64,000 nt of DNA, taken from Bacteroidales bacterium. Lineage in GTDB: Bacteria > Bacteroidota > Bacteroidia > Bacteroidales > UBA12077. This document shows, piece after piece, positions 1 to 11,009 of this stretch (the stretch's first letter is position 1; each line of letters starts with the position of its first letter). The position numbers were made by a program, and so were the translations under genes. Location: positions 1 to 64,000 of the forward strand of contig JANQHR010000046.1 of NCBI GenBank assembly GCA_028282585.1. Direction: 5' to 3'. The notes beneath the pieces were generated by a model. It saw only the letters and a list, made by a program, of their open reading frames with translations, did not search any database and was not told the DNA's origin.

Positions 1-109
1 AAAGAAGAATGGCAATGGAAGTGCGTAATCTCGCAATTGCAATTATCGTAACTCAGTGTGGTGGTAATCCTGATCTGATGTTTAAAACTTGACCGAAACC
101 GCAAGAAAA

Positions 110-131
110 TGGTCGGAATTTCTTCCGACCA
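110..131. terminator. Hairpin downstream of nifJ (possible terminator)
   Basis: tggtcggaa-tttc-ttccgacca inverted repeat about 45 nt past the nifJ stop; preceded by aaaa (a short U-tract on the minus strand). Confidence 0.4.
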
Positions 132-176
132 CAAGTGGGTAAAAACCCTGCTTTTTAATCAGTTATATTTATAAGA

Positions 177-3100
177 TTAATTAGAAGCTAACCTTTTATA
201 ACTATCGTATCTCCATTTAGCATCCTTCTCAGCTTGTTCGAATAAGATTTCTGCATCTTCCGGGAATGATTTCTGAAGTGAAGTGTAACGAACCTCGCTT
301 TTCAAGAAGTCTTGGAATTTACTCCAATCTGGTTCTTTAGAGTCCATTTCAAATGGGTTTTTACCTTCAGCTTCTAATAATGGATTATAACGGTAATTGT
401 GCCAGTAACCAGCTTCAACAGCTAATTTAGTTTCATACTGTGATGTTCCCATACCGCCTTTTAAACCATGGTTAATACATGGAGAATAAGCAATAATTAA
501 CGATGGTCCCGGATAAGCTTCGGCTTCTTTCAATGCTTTGAAAAATTGATTATAGCTAGCTCCCATTGCAACTTGTGCAACATAAACATATCCATAAGAC
601 ATAGCCATCATACCTAAGTCTTTCTTTCTGATTCTCATTCCCGCAGCAGCAAATTTGGCAACAGCTCCAACCGGCGTAGCTTTTGATGCTTGTCCGCCTG
701 TATTTGAATATACCTCAGTATCCATAACAAGAACATTCACATCTTCGCCTGAACCTAATACGTGATCTAAGCCTCCGTATCCGATATCGTAAGCCCAGCC
801 ATCACCACCAAAGATCCATACAGATTTCTTGATTAAGTATTGTTCAAGAGCTAAAATTTCTTTTGCTACTTCATGTTTATCTTTCTTACAAGCTCCAACT
901 ACTTTTGCAGATGCTTCTTTAGAACCTTCTGCATCATACATTTTTTCAATCCACTCTTTGAACGCAGCCTGAGTTTCAACAGAAACATCATTCATAGCTT
1001 CATTCATTTTTTCTCCTATACGAGTACGTAATTTTTCAACACCAATATGCATACCGAAACCATACTCAGCATTATCTTCGAATAATGAATTAGCCCAAGC
1101 AGGACCTTTACCTTCTTTATTTGCACAATATGGGGTTGCTGGTGCAGAACCACCATAAATCGAAGAACAACCGGTTGCATTTGCAATCATCATACGGTCA
1201 CCGTACAATTGTGTAATTGTTTTAATGTATGGAGTTTCACCACAACCAGCACATGCACCACTAAACTCGAATAATGGTTGAGCAAACTGGCTATTTTTAA
1301 CACTCTTTTCTTTTGGAAGAATGGTATCCTTATAACCAACTTTTTTATGCATATAATCCCAACGTTCGTCTTCTACTAATTGAGTATCAAGCGGCTTCAT
1401 TTCTAGAGCTTTTGTCTTTGCAGGGCAAATATCAGCACAGTTTCCACAACCTGAACAATCAAGTGGACTAACCTGCATCCTAAATTTGTATTCTTTGGTT
1501 CCGCCAGTACCTTGAAGAAGTTCAGTTCCTTCAGGTGCATTAGCAGCTTCTTCTTCTGTTAATAAGAATGGGCGTATTACTGCATGCGGGCAAACGTAAG
1601 CACACTGGTTACATTGAATACAATTTTCGGAAATCCATTCAGGAACATTAACTGCTATACCACGTTTTTCATACTCAGTAGTACCGGCTGGAAAAGTACC
1701 ATCTTCTCTTCCAACAAAAGCACTTACAGGTAAATCGTCACCTTTTTGAGCATTGATTGGTTCAACAATATTTTTAATGAAATCAGGAATGTCTCTATCG
1801 TCCGTTTTAACTTTAACTTCGATATTTTTCCATTCAGCAGGAATTTTAACTTCTTCAACATTGCCACCACGGTCAACCGCAGCTTTGTTCATATTAACAA
1901 TATCCTCTCCTTTTCTACCGTATGATTTTACAATCGCTTTCTTCATTTCTTCAACTGCTTTTTCATAAGGAATTACATTTGAGATTTTGAAGAATGCAGA
2001 TTGCAATATTGTATTTGTCCTGCTTCCTAACCCTAATTCATCAGCAATCTTAGTTGCATTGATAATATATACTTTGATATTCTTTTCCGCTAGAACTTTC
2101 TTCATTTCATCAGGGAAGTGATTTTTAGTTTCTTCAGCATCCCAAATACTATTTAATAAGAAAGTACCTCCTTCTTTAATTCCTTTCAACATATCGTATT
2201 TATTCAGGTATGAAGGAACATGGCAGGCAACGAAATCCGGTGTTCCAACCAAATATGGCGAACGAATTGGAGAATCACCAAAACGCAGGTGAGATGTTGT
2301 TATACCACCTGATTTTTTAGAATCGTATGCAAAGTAAGCCTGAGCGTATTTATCCGTTGTATCACCTATTATTATGATTGAATTTTTATTTGCGCCTACT
2401 GTGCCATCAGCGCCTAAACCATAGAACTTACCTTCGAAAGTTCCCTTTGGCACAACACTAATTTCTGGCAACAATGGCAATGAAGTAAATTTAACATCAT
2501 CAACAATACCTACAGTGAAACCATTTTTAGGTTCAGTCATTGCAAGATTGTCATAAACAGACATTATCATTGCAGGAGTTGTATCCTTAGAACTTAATCC
2601 GTAACGGCCTCCAATAACCATAGGAGCATTTTCTTTACCGTAAAATAATTCTCTTACGTCAAGATATAATGGTTCTCCATTAGCACCAGGTTCTTTAGTT
2701 CTATCTAAAACAGCAATACGTTTAACCGATTTAGGAAGAACATTCATAAAATATTTTTCTGAGAATGGTCTGTATAAATGAACAGAAATTAAACCTACCT
2801 TCTCACCTTGAGCTATTTTATAATCAATTGTTTCCTTTATTGTAGCCGTTATAGAACCCATTGCTACGATGATATTCTCCGCTTCTTCATGCCCGTAATA
2901 AGTAAATGGATGATATTCACGACCAGTCATCTTAGTGATTTCCTGCATATATTCCTCTACCATATCAGGAATTGGATCATAAAATTTATTAGCGGCTTCA
3001 CGTGCCTGGAAATAAATATCAGGATTCTGGGCTGTACCTCTTGTCACAGGGTGCTCAGGATTTAATGCATTATCCCTAAATTTTTGTAAAGCATCTAAAT

Positions 3101-3692
3101 CAAGTAATTTAGCCATATCTTCATTTTCGAAATATTCAACTTTTTGAATTTCGTGCGAAGTTCTGAAACCATCGAAGAAATGTAAGAAAGGAATTCTTGA
3201 TTTGATTGAAGCTAAGTGAGCAATACCTGCAATATCCATAATTTCCTGAACACTGCCTGTTGCTATCATAGCAAAACCGGTGTGACGTGTACTCATAACA
3301 TCACTATGGTCGCCGAAAATTGATAAAGCCTGAGCTGCTAAACTTCTTGCACTTACGTGAAATACTCCTGGTAATAACTCACCGGAAATTTTATACATGT
3401 TAGGAATCATTAATAATAATCCCTGTGAAGCTGTAAAAGTTGATGTTAATGCGCCAGCTTGTAATGAACCATGAACAGCACCTGCTGCACCACCTTCTGA
3501 TTGCATTTCAACAACTTTTACCTGGTCTCCAAAGATATTTTTGCGTCCGAAAGATGCCCATTCATCAACGTATTCTGCCATAGTTGAAGACGGGGTAATC
3601 GGATAAATCGCTGCAACTTCACTAAACATATACGCAACATGGGCTGCTGCATAGTTACCGTCACAGGTTATAAATTTCTTGTTTTTTGACAT
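177..3692 (-). CDS. nifJ: Pyruvate:ferredoxin (flavodoxin) oxidoreductase
   Basis: 1171 aa; YPITPSS, EMQSEGGAAG, two ferredoxin motifs (CIQCNQCAYVCP, CSGCGNCADICP), FEFSGACAGCGE, GDGWAYDIG TPP motif. Confidence 0.97.
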   Translation of the reverse strand: MSKNKKFITCDGNYAAAHVAYMFSEVAAIYPITPSSTMAEYVDEWASFGRKNIFGDQVKVVEMQSEGGAAGAVHGSLQAGALTSTFTASQGLLLMIPNMYKISGELLPGVFHVSARSLAAQALSIFGDHSDVMSTRHTGFAMIATGSVQEIMDIAGIAHLASIKSRIPFLHFFDGFRTSHEIQKVEYFENEDMAKLLDLDALQKFRDNALNPEHPVTRGTAQNPDIYFQAREAANKFYDPIPDMVEEYMQEITKMTGREYHPFTYYGHEEAENIIVAMGSITATIKETIDYKIAQGEKVGLISVHLYRPFSEKYFMNVLPKSVKRIAVLDRTKEPGANGEPLYLDVRELFYGKENAPMVIGGRYGLSSKDTTPAMIMSVYDNLAMTEPKNGFTVGIVDDVKFTSLPLLPEISVVPKGTFEGKFYGLGADGTVGANKNSIIIIGDTTDKYAQAYFAYDSKKSGGITTSHLRFGDSPIRSPYLVGTPDFVACHVPSYLNKYDMLKGIKEGGTFLLNSIWDAEETKNHFPDEMKKVLAEKNIKVYIINATKIADELGLGSRTNTILQSAFFKISNVIPYEKAVEEMKKAIVKSYGRKGEDIVNMNKAAVDRGGNVEEVKIPAEWKNIEVKVKTDDRDIPDFIKNIVEPINAQKGDDLPVSAFVGREDGTFPAGTTEYEKRGIAVNVPEWISENCIQCNQCAYVCPHAVIRPFLLTEEEAANAPEGTELLQGTGGTKEYKFRMQVSPLDCSGCGNCADICPAKTKALEMKPLDTQLVEDERWDYMHKKVGYKDTILPKEKSVKNSQFAQPLFEFSGACAGCGETPYIKTITQLYGDRMMIANATGCSSIYGGSAPATPYCANKEGKGPAWANSLFEDNAEYGFGMHIGVEKLRTRIGEKMNEAMNDVSVETQAAFKEWIEKMYDAEGSKEASAKVVGACKKDKHEVAKEILALEQYLIKKSVWIFGGDGWAYDIGYGGLDHVLGSGEDVNVLVMDTEVYSNTGGQASKATPVGAVAKFAAAGMRIRKKDLGMMAMSYGYVYVAQVAMGASYNQFFKALKEAEAYPGPSLIIAYSPCINHGLKGGMGTSQYETKLAVEAGYWHNYRYNPLLEAEGKNPFEMDSKEPDWSKFQDFLKSEVRYTSLQKSFPEDAEILFEQAEKDAKWRYDSYKRLASN

Positions 3693-3858
3693 TTCTAACT
3701 CCTTAATTTATTTATTAAAAGATAATTAACTTTATTTTTTAGGAATTACAAAATTATAACAAAAATCTCATTTATTGCAGTCTTACAATGGAAAATAACC
3801 TTATGTTAAACTTATTCATTTTAATTTCAAATAAGGTTATATAGTACTAATAACCAAT

Positions 3859-3886
3859 AAAAAATGCGGATAAAAATCCGCATTTT
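3859..3886 (-). terminator. Intrinsic terminator after rho
   Basis: aaaatgcggat-aaaa-atccgcatttt stem with an A-run on the plus strand (U-tract on minus), 30 nt after the rho stop. Confidence 0.75.
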
Positions 3887-3915
3887 CTTAATGTATTGTG
3901 TTGTGCAACATTCTT

Positions 3916-5508
3916 TTAGTCATTCATGGAAATTATAAATTCTTCGTTCGTTTTTGTTTTTAGCAAACGATCCCGCAAAAATTCCATAGCCTCCACCGAA
4001 TTCATATCTGTTAGATAATTTCTTAATATCCAAATCTTATTTAACATTTCCTGATCAATTAATAAGTCCTCACGACGTGTACTTGAAGCAGTAATATCAA
4101 CTGCAGGATAAATTCTTTTATTGGAAAGCTTACGATCAAGCTGTAATTCCATGTTACCTGTACCTTTAAATTCTTCAAAGATAACATCATCCATTTTAGA
4201 TCCTGTTTCAGTTAAAGCAGTTGATATAATGGTTAATGAACCACCTTCTTCAATATTTCTTGCGGCTCCAAAGAATCTTTTAGGCTTATGCAATGCATTA
4301 GCGTCAACACCACCAGAAAGTACCTTACCCGAAGCCGGAGATACTGTATTAAATGCACGAGCCAAACGAGTAATTGAATCTAATAAAATAACTACATCGT
4401 GCCCGCACTCTACCATGCGTTTAGCTTTCTCAAGAACAATATTTGCTACTCTAACATGGCGTTCTGCAGGTTCATCAAATGTTGAGGAAATAACTTCCGC
4501 ATTTACGCTACGAGCCATATCGGTAACCTCTTCAGGACGCTCATCAATTAAAAGAACAATCATATATACTTCCGGATGATTAGCAGCTATGGCATTAGCT
4601 ATCTCTTTTAATAAAACAGTTTTTCCGGTCTTAGGTTGCGCAACAATTAATCCGCGCTGTCCTTTTCCTATAGGTGCAAACATATCAACCACACGAGTTG
4701 ATAATTTATCATTTTGATTATTATTAATTGTAAATTTCTCTTCCGGAAACAATGGTGTTAAATAATCAAACGGTACTCGGTCACGAATATAATCCGGACT
4801 TCTTCCATTAATTTTTTCAACCTTTATTAATGGGAAGTATTTCTCGCCTTCTTTTGGCGGTCTGATGGATCCCTCAACTGTATCACCTGTTTTTAATCCA
4901 AACAATTTAATTTGAGATTGAGATACATAAATATCATCCGGTGAGTTTAAGTAATTATATTCAGATGATCTTAAGAAACCATAACCATCAGGCATTATCT
5001 CCAAAACGCCTGAATTTGTAATAATCCCATCAAACTCATAAGAAGCTTTATGGTCATTTCTTTTTTCATGTTGTCTTTTATGGAAATTATTATCTTTTTG
5101 AGGTCTCTGAGAAATTCTTTTTCTATGCGAATCTCCTTTCTCAGCAGAAGAGTGTTGCTCTTTCCTATCAACAAGTTCCTCTCTTTTTTCAGTTACCTTA
5201 GACTCTGGTTTTTTTTCAATGACAGGCTCTTTTTTTTGAGATTTTTCTTCTTTTGGTTTTTCTTCCGATTTAGATTCAACCTTATTTACTTTTGTTGTAG
5301 TCTTTGGTTTTTCTGATATGCGTTTTCTACCCGTAGGTTTTTTTTCTGATTTACTTTCGGTTGTGGTAGCATTAATTGCTTGTTGGTCTAAGATTTTATA
5401 AATTAAATCTTGTTTTTTTAACGACTCAACCTTCTTAATTTGCAATTCTTTGGCTATTTCTCTTAATTCAGAAACTAGTTTCTTATTCAATTCAAGAATG
5501 TCGTACAT
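3916..5508 (-). CDS. rho: Transcription termination factor Rho
   Basis: GYGFLR RNA-binding motif, [20 protein letters not shown]-loop, [11 protein letters not shown]; charged low-complexity N-terminal insertion typical of Bacteroidota Rho. Confidence 0.98.
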   Translation of the reverse strand: MYDILELNKKLVSELREIAKELQIKKVESLKKQDLIYKILDQQAINATTTESKSEKKPTGRKRISEKPKTTTKVNKVESKSEEKPKEEKSQKKEPVIEKKPESKVTEKREELVDRKEQHSSAEKGDSHRKRISQRPQKDNNFHKRQHEKRNDHKASYEFDGIITNSGVLEIMPDGYGFLRSSEYNYLNSPDDIYVSQSQIKLFGLKTGDTVEGSIRPPKEGEKYFPLIKVEKINGRSPDYIRDRVPFDYLTPLFPEEKFTINNNQNDKLSTRVVDMFAPIGKGQRGLIVAQPKTGKTVLLKEIANAIAANHPEVYMIVLLIDERPEEVTDMARSVNAEVISSTFDEPAERHVRVANIVLEKAKRMVECGHDVVILLDSITRLARAFNTVSPASGKVLSGGVDANALHKPKRFFGAARNIEEGGSLTIISTALTETGSKMDDVIFEEFKGTGNMELQLDRKLSNKRIYPAVDITASSTRREDLLIDQEMLNKIWILRNYLTDMNSVEAMEFLRDRLLKTKTNEEFIISMND

Positions 5509-5832
5509 TGTTTATTTTATAAAGGAAATTAAATTATATTGTTAAATTATATGAACTTTATTTACTGATAAGTAAGTAAATTTTGATTGATTTTTACTTC
5601 AGGAGAAAATATTTCCTTTTCGGAAAATCAATGCAATAATAAAGATTTCCTGAGAATTAGCAAAAAAAAAATAAACTTTTTTAAAAAAATCCTTAATTTC
5701 ATTTAATTATTTAGCCTGACATATTCAATAAATATTAAATTTCCAATATTTATGATATAGTACAGGTTAACCGTAACAAGAAATAATAAATAATATGAAA
5801 TCAACAGACCATTTATTATTTCTTCGTTACAA

Positions 5833-5861
5833 GATTAATTCATAAATTTTATGAATTAATC
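5833..5861. repeat. Perfect 14-bp inverted repeat with a 1-nt spacer in the rho/sigma70 divergent intergenic region
   Basis: gattaattcataaa-t-tttatgaattaatc. Confidence 0.85.
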
Positions 5862-5991
5862 AGGTTAAATTAATAACTAAAAAAATTTTATTGTAAAGAT
5901 TTTTATTTACATATTTGACGGGATCAATTGAAACAATCGTTATTAAAATAACGTATTATTATAGCTAACATTCATTCACCGGGCCAACACA

Positions 5992-6855
5992 ATGAGACAG
6001 TTAAAAATTATTAAGCAAGTAACTAACCGGGAAACTGCCTCGTTAGATAAATATCTTCACGAAATTGGAAAAGTTGACCTTTTATCAGCAGATGAAGAGG
6101 TTGAACTTGCCCGAAAAGTTCGTAATGGAGATAATGTTGCTCTGGAAAAGCTAATCAAAGCAAACTTGCGATTTGTAGTTTCTGTATCAAAACAATATCA
6201 AAACCAAGGATTAAGTCTACCTGACCTTATAAACGAAGGAAATCTGGGTCTTATTAAAGCAGCTAAGCGATTTGACGAAACACGTGGTTTCAAATTTATA
6301 TCATATGCTGTTTGGTGGATTCGCCAATCTATTCTTCAGGCTTTGGCGGAACAAGCAAGAATTGTACGTCTTCCTTTAAACAAAATTGGTTCTATAAATA
6401 AGATTAATAAAGCCTTATCAGAGCTTGAGCAGAAATTTGAGCGAGAACCTTCAATTGATGAAATCGCAAAAGCAATCGAAATAGCTCCTAATGATATAAA
6501 AGATGCCATGCGTAGTGCAGGACGCCATGTTTCTATGGATGCTCCATTAACTGACGGTGAGGATGGTGATATGTACGAAGTCCTTTTAAGTAAAGATAAT
6601 CCTAGCCCCGATGGAAGTTTATTAAATGATTCGTTAAGAAAAGAAATTGAAAGAGCTTTATCCTCTTTAACAGAAAGAGAAGCAAGTATTATTCGGCTCT
6701 ATTTTGGTTTGAATGGAAAGCATCCTTATACTTTGGAAGAAATTGGCGAGGAGTTTAACCTGACAAGAGAAAGGGTACGTCAAATAAAGGAAAAGGCCAT
6801 TAAAAGATTAAAGCATACAACACGCAGTAAGATATTAAAAACCTACCTTGGTTAA
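5992..6855 (+). CDS. rpoD: RNA polymerase sigma70 factor, RpoD/SigA family (short Bacteroidota type)
   Basis: 287 aa, MRQLKI..QVTNRE start, [46 protein letters not shown]. Confidence 0.85.
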   Translation: MRQLKIIKQVTNRETASLDKYLHEIGKVDLLSADEEVELARKVRNGDNVALEKLIKANLRFVVSVSKQYQNQGLSLPDLINEGNLGLIKAAKRFDETRGFKFISYAVWWIRQSILQALAEQARIVRLPLNKIGSINKINKALSELEQKFEREPSIDEIAKAIEIAPNDIKDAMRSAGRHVSMDAPLTDGEDGDMYEVLLSKDNPSPDGSLLNDSLRKEIERALSSLTEREASIIRLYFGLNGKHPYTLEEIGEEFNLTRERVRQIKEKAIKRLKHTTRSKILKTYLG

Positions 6856-6858
6856 GAC

Positions 6859-6885
6859 AAAAGGAAACATTCGTTTCCTTTTTTT
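6859..6885 (+). terminator. Intrinsic terminator after the sigma70 gene
   Basis: aaaaggaaac-attc-gtttcc followed by a T-run. Confidence 0.75.
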
Positions 6886-6912
6886 ATTTATTTTTGCAGC
6901 AAAACAATAAAT

Positions 6913-7566
6913 ATGGCTCATTTAGTATCACCTTCTTTATTATCAGCTGATTTTGGAAATTTACAGCGCGACATTGAAATGGTAAATAATAGTGAAGCAG
7001 ATTGGTTTCACTTAGACATTATGGATGGAGTGTTTGTTCCTAACATATCTTATGGTATCCCAGTTATAAAAGCAGTTAAAAAACACGCTAAAAAACCCCT
7101 TGATGTCCATTTAATGATTGTCGATCCTGACAGGTATATTCATGATTTTCAAAAAGCAGGTGCGGATATTCTAACAGTACACTATGAAGCATGCAATCAT
7201 TTGCATCGTACCGTTCAAAATATAAAGTCGAAAGGAATGAAGGCCGGAGTAAGCTTAAACCCTCATACCCCAGTACATTTATTAAAAGATCTTATTACAG
7301 ACCTGGATTTAGTTTTAATCATGTCAGTAAATCCAGGATTTGGAGGACAAAAATTTATATCTAACACAATTGAAAAAATTAAAGAATTAAAACAGTTAAT
7401 TATAGAAAAGAAATCAAATGCGTTAATAGAAGTAGACGGAGGAGTTGACAATACTAATTCTAAATTACTAATTGATGCTGGTTGTGATGTTTTAGTTGCC
7501 GGGAGTTATATTTTTGGTGCAGTGGATCAAATGGGAACTATAATGGGGTTAAAACTGCTTCAATAA
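6913..7566 (+). CDS. rpe: Ribulose-phosphate 3-epimerase
   Basis: SPSLLSADF, HLDIMDGVFVPN, DVHLM, MSVNPGFGGQ, EVDGG. Confidence 0.97.
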   Translation: MAHLVSPSLLSADFGNLQRDIEMVNNSEADWFHLDIMDGVFVPNISYGIPVIKAVKKHAKKPLDVHLMIVDPDRYIHDFQKAGADILTVHYEACNHLHRTVQNIKSKGMKAGVSLNPHTPVHLLKDLITDLDLVLIMSVNPGFGGQKFISNTIEKIKELKQLIIEKKSNALIEVDGGVDNTNSKLLIDAGCDVLVAGSYIFGAVDQMGTIMGLKLLQ

Positions 7567-7849
7567 CTTAGATAATTAACAGTAATAGATTTAATGATTA
7601 CATCTTAATTATATTTTTATGCATTTCTGAATCTAATAAGTATTAATGATATTTTATTGCGTAAACTATTTTTAAGGTTACCGTATAATAATTTTATACA
7701 TTAAACTACTTAGCTGCTTCTCCGAAAAATCAGCTTATCTTTTACTGGATAATATATTTGAAAAGCCTTGAATAGGATACAAATAAAAAGGGCTGTGAAA
7801 AAGTTTCGGGTAGCCATCGCTACTTTTACAATAAGTTTAAAGCATTTGG

Positions 7850-8611
7850 TTAGAATGTTATTTCGATTAACCAAGAACCTTTTTCACTAATTTTAAAAGT
7901 TAAATAACAATTATGATTTGCAGTATAAAATTCATTTGGTGCTGTAAATTCTATTTTACCTTCAAAAGGCATTACAATATTTTCAAATGCAGAATAAGTT
8001 ATTGAAGTAGCAACGGAACCAGAACTTCCAATTAATCTAAGGTCATCCATTTCTTTATAAATTCTACCACTTCTTTTAAAGATGATCTCAATTTTGTCTG
8101 GCCCAGCTGAAGGTGATCTAGATATTCTAACATTTTTTATATTATTTTTACTTAATATTTTATACACATTAACGCTCTCAATACCCTCTCCAACGTATTC
8201 ATCTTTATACCATTTACCTGCTATAATCTCTCCATTCTTTGTTAGCTTACCGATTCCGTTTTTAACATTAAATAAAAACTTACCTTCAAAAACATTTCCA
8301 TTTGCCCAAATATATAAACCTTGTCCGTGGAACAATCCATTTTTAAAATCTCCCTTATAAATGTCACCATTACTATATTTATATTCACCATAACCATGAG
8401 GTAATCCTTTTTTAAAATAGCCTTCATATTCGTCTACCCCCTTTGCTAAACCTTTGCCATGTGCTTTACCTTTTTTGCATTCACCCTTATACGCGCCAAT
8501 GAGTTCTGTTTTTAGTACGTTGCAACCTGACTTCTCTTGAGAAAAACTCATAAAACATATACTCAAAATTACATAAGTAAAAATTGCTCGACTCATATTT
8601 TTTTTTCTCAT
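7850..8611 (-). CDS. Secreted MORN-repeat protein
   Basis: Signal-peptide-like N-terminus; repeated YxGxFKxGxxHGxG units. Confidence 0.8.
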   Translation of the reverse strand: MRKKNMSRAIFTYVILSICFMSFSQEKSGCNVLKTELIGAYKGECKKGKAHGKGLAKGVDEYEGYFKKGLPHGYGEYKYSNGDIYKGDFKNGLFHGQGLYIWANGNVFEGKFLFNVKNGIGKLTKNGEIIAGKWYKDEYVGEGIESVNVYKILSKNNIKNVRISRSPSAGPDKIEIIFKRSGRIYKEMDDLRLIGSSGSVATSITYSAFENIVMPFEGKIEFTAPNEFYTANHNCYLTFKISEKGSWLIEITF

Positions 8612-8686
8612 AATTTAATAAATGTTATATTGCTATAAATATTTTTTATTCAAAACCTTAATAGTCCATAATTGATATTTAACCTC

Positions 8687-9316
8687 TTATCTTAAAAATC
8701 CATAAGAAAGATCCATTCTAATTCCAAAATCAATAAGATTTTGATTATCAGCTTTATCCTTAAATGCTATTACCGAATATACTTTGACAATTGGTGATAT
8801 TCCAATATAAATGTTCTCCGAGATGCGAAAAGCTTTTCCTGCTGATACATAAAAACCTATACCATCCTGACTATCAACTTCTAAATACGTCCATTCATTT
8901 AGCTCCAAATTGATATGGCTGCCAACTGACAAAAAGAAGCCTCCTCTAAAACTTCGTTGAATTCCTACTGGAAATGAAAGTATATTGTGTTGTTCAGTGC
9001 GAGATATGTACTCATTATCGAGTTTTATTTCCTCTGTTAAGTAAACATATATTTTTGAATAATTTACTCCTGACTCTAATTGGTATTTTTTATTTATAAA
9101 TCTTAAGTATTTAAATCCTATATTAAATCCATACTCACCATTTATGCGATTGTCTTTTTTAAATGACTTGTTAGATTTTCTGTAACATTCTGTATATACA
9201 GGTAGTAAAGTTATGCCAATATGATTATTATTTAGATCTTGCTCCTGACCTTTTAAATAACTTCCTGTTAATATCATTAATATTAAGAGAATACCTCTTC
9301 TCATTCTTTCTTTCAT
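8687..9316 (-). CDS. Putative outer-membrane beta-barrel protein
   Basis: Signal peptide, alternating amphipathic beta strands, aromatic C-terminal strand (GIRMDLSYGF). Confidence 0.6.
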   Translation of the reverse strand: MKERMRRGILLILMILTGSYLKGQEQDLNNNHIGITLLPVYTECYRKSNKSFKKDNRINGEYGFNIGFKYLRFINKKYQLESGVNYSKIYVYLTEEIKLDNEYISRTEQHNILSFPVGIQRSFRGGFFLSVGSHINLELNEWTYLEVDSQDGIGFYVSAGKAFRISENIYIGISPIVKVYSVIAFKDKADNQNLIDFGIRMDLSYGFLR

Positions 9317-9497
9317 AAAATTGATATTTAAATTCGGATTAGAAATAATCTATTGAATAAACATCTTCAAATCATTTCTTCTTTTTCTCAATTGAGATTC
9401 CAATCTAACATTTGAAAAATCATATGTATGCGTATGACCTACTGGTTAATACCTATAAAATCTTAAATGAACTTTAAAATTCAGTTTAGTATGCTAT

Positions 9498-9527
9498 TGA
9501 AGGGCTAACTAAAAAGATAGCCCTTCA
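9498..9527 (-). terminator. Terminator-like hairpin after susD
   Basis: tgaagggcta...tagcccttca inverted repeat 30 nt after the stop. Confidence 0.6.
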
Positions 9528-9555
9528 CAAAATATAAATTAATAAGTTTTTATTA

Positions 9556-10989
9556 TTACAATGCCCACCAAACCTTATCTGAATATATATCCACATCAGG
9601 AACATTGTCTCCATTATTAGATTCCTCACTTAACGCATAAGGGAATCTGTTAACAAAACCTACTGTGGCATTATTAGGATTTTCCATTTCTGGGAAACCA
9701 GTTCTTCTATAATCATTATAACTCTCTATACATTCTGCTTCAAAAAGACCAATGTATTTTTGGGTAATAATTTCTTCTAACTCATTTCCTGATGTTAACC
9801 TAGGTAGTACATTATTTGTAAAATAAGCACTTGCATCAGCAGGACTTTTTTCATAGACATTAACAAACCAATTAAAATTCTCAGTAATTGCCTGTTCTAA
9901 TGTATTTTGCCAAGTAGCAGCGCCAGTTCTAAATTCAGCTTCAGCTTTAATAAATAATAGTTCATGATAGGTCATTAAAGGTGTCGGTGCTGACCATCTT
10001 GAAGTAAAATAGCCTGTTGAAAGCTGTGATTGAGGGTAACCACCCTGAGTTTGTTCAGCCTCACCAATAAGGGCACAATCTGCCAAGGTTACACCTGCAC
10101 CGGCAAACCATTCCCTTCTTGGATCATTTCTTACATCCATTTTTCTGAAAAAAGATGACGAAATAGATAAATGATCTCTTTCAAACCAAAAAGCTGACCA
10201 TGGATTAGGATTATTTAAAGATACACCTTCATAGTGGTCAAAAAGCATAGCATCATCAGCACTCGTAAATCCAAGTGCTATTTCAGTTAAAGCATCATTT
10301 GCTGCAGTAGCATTAACATTTGTTAACCGCATATAATAACGGGCCTTTAATGAATGTGCAGCTTTTATCCATGCATTTATATCTCCACCATATATTAAAT
10401 CCTGATTTTCAGGTAAACTAGCTCCATCCATTTCAAAATTTACAATTGCATCGTCCAGTAATTGAAAGATTACTGGATATAAATCTGATTGTGAATCATA
10501 TGAAGGCTGCAAGTTTTCAACCCCCTTAAATGCTTCTGTATAGGGAACTTCCCCCCACATGTCAGTTGCCACAGCTAAATTATAAGCCATTAAAATCTGG
10601 GCAACACCTCTACCTCCATAATTTGATGGTTCTCTTCCTGATACAGGATCAGTGATATTAATTACGTCTGCGCAAATATTCATAACATCGTACAAAGCGT
10701 TCCAGTTGTTATTAAATAAGGAGGACGACTCTTGTCCTATTCTTCTATCTGCAGTACTACTTTGACCCCATGTCCCAGCATTATGTTCAATATAAACAGT
10801 ACACCACCAGGCAATATCAAACCCAACAGTTTCTACTGCTGTTTTCAGGCACATATCAGGCATTATATTCTCAACAGTTTGTACTGCTGTATCGTTATGA
10901 TTTTCATTAATTTCATCCATTAGGTCTTCACTACATCCTAGTAGCAATAAACCAATGAAAAAACTAAATATAATTTTATATCTCTTCAT
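9556..10989 (-). CDS. SusD/RagB-like outer-membrane lipoprotein
   Basis: Lipobox (LLLLGC), DMWGEVPYTEA, IITQKY, YNDYRRTGFP, C-terminal KVWW; directly follows susC. Confidence 0.92.
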   Translation of the reverse strand: MKRYKIIFSFFIGLLLLGCSEDLMDEINENHNDTAVQTVENIMPDMCLKTAVETVGFDIAWWCTVYIEHNAGTWGQSSTADRRIGQESSSLFNNNWNALYDVMNICADVINITDPVSGREPSNYGGRGVAQILMAYNLAVATDMWGEVPYTEAFKGVENLQPSYDSQSDLYPVIFQLLDDAIVNFEMDGASLPENQDLIYGGDINAWIKAAHSLKARYYMRLTNVNATAANDALTEIALGFTSADDAMLFDHYEGVSLNNPNPWSAFWFERDHLSISSSFFRKMDVRNDPRREWFAGAGVTLADCALIGEAEQTQGGYPQSQLSTGYFTSRWSAPTPLMTYHELLFIKAEAEFRTGAATWQNTLEQAITENFNWFVNVYEKSPADASAYFTNNVLPRLTSGNELEEIITQKYIGLFEAECIESYNDYRRTGFPEMENPNNATVGFVNRFPYALSEESNNGDNVPDVDIYSDKVWWAL

Positions 10990-11009
10990 ATTTTTAAATT
11001 TTATTGTTC

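Noticed and set aside
1-92. Open plus-strand frame (...RRMAMEVRNLAIAIIVTQCGGNPDLMFKT*), possibly the end of a gene or transposase
   Set aside because: Only 30 codons at the window edge with no recognisable motif
5030-5380. Low-complexity charged insertion in Rho
   Set aside because: Known, common feature of Bacteroidota Rho
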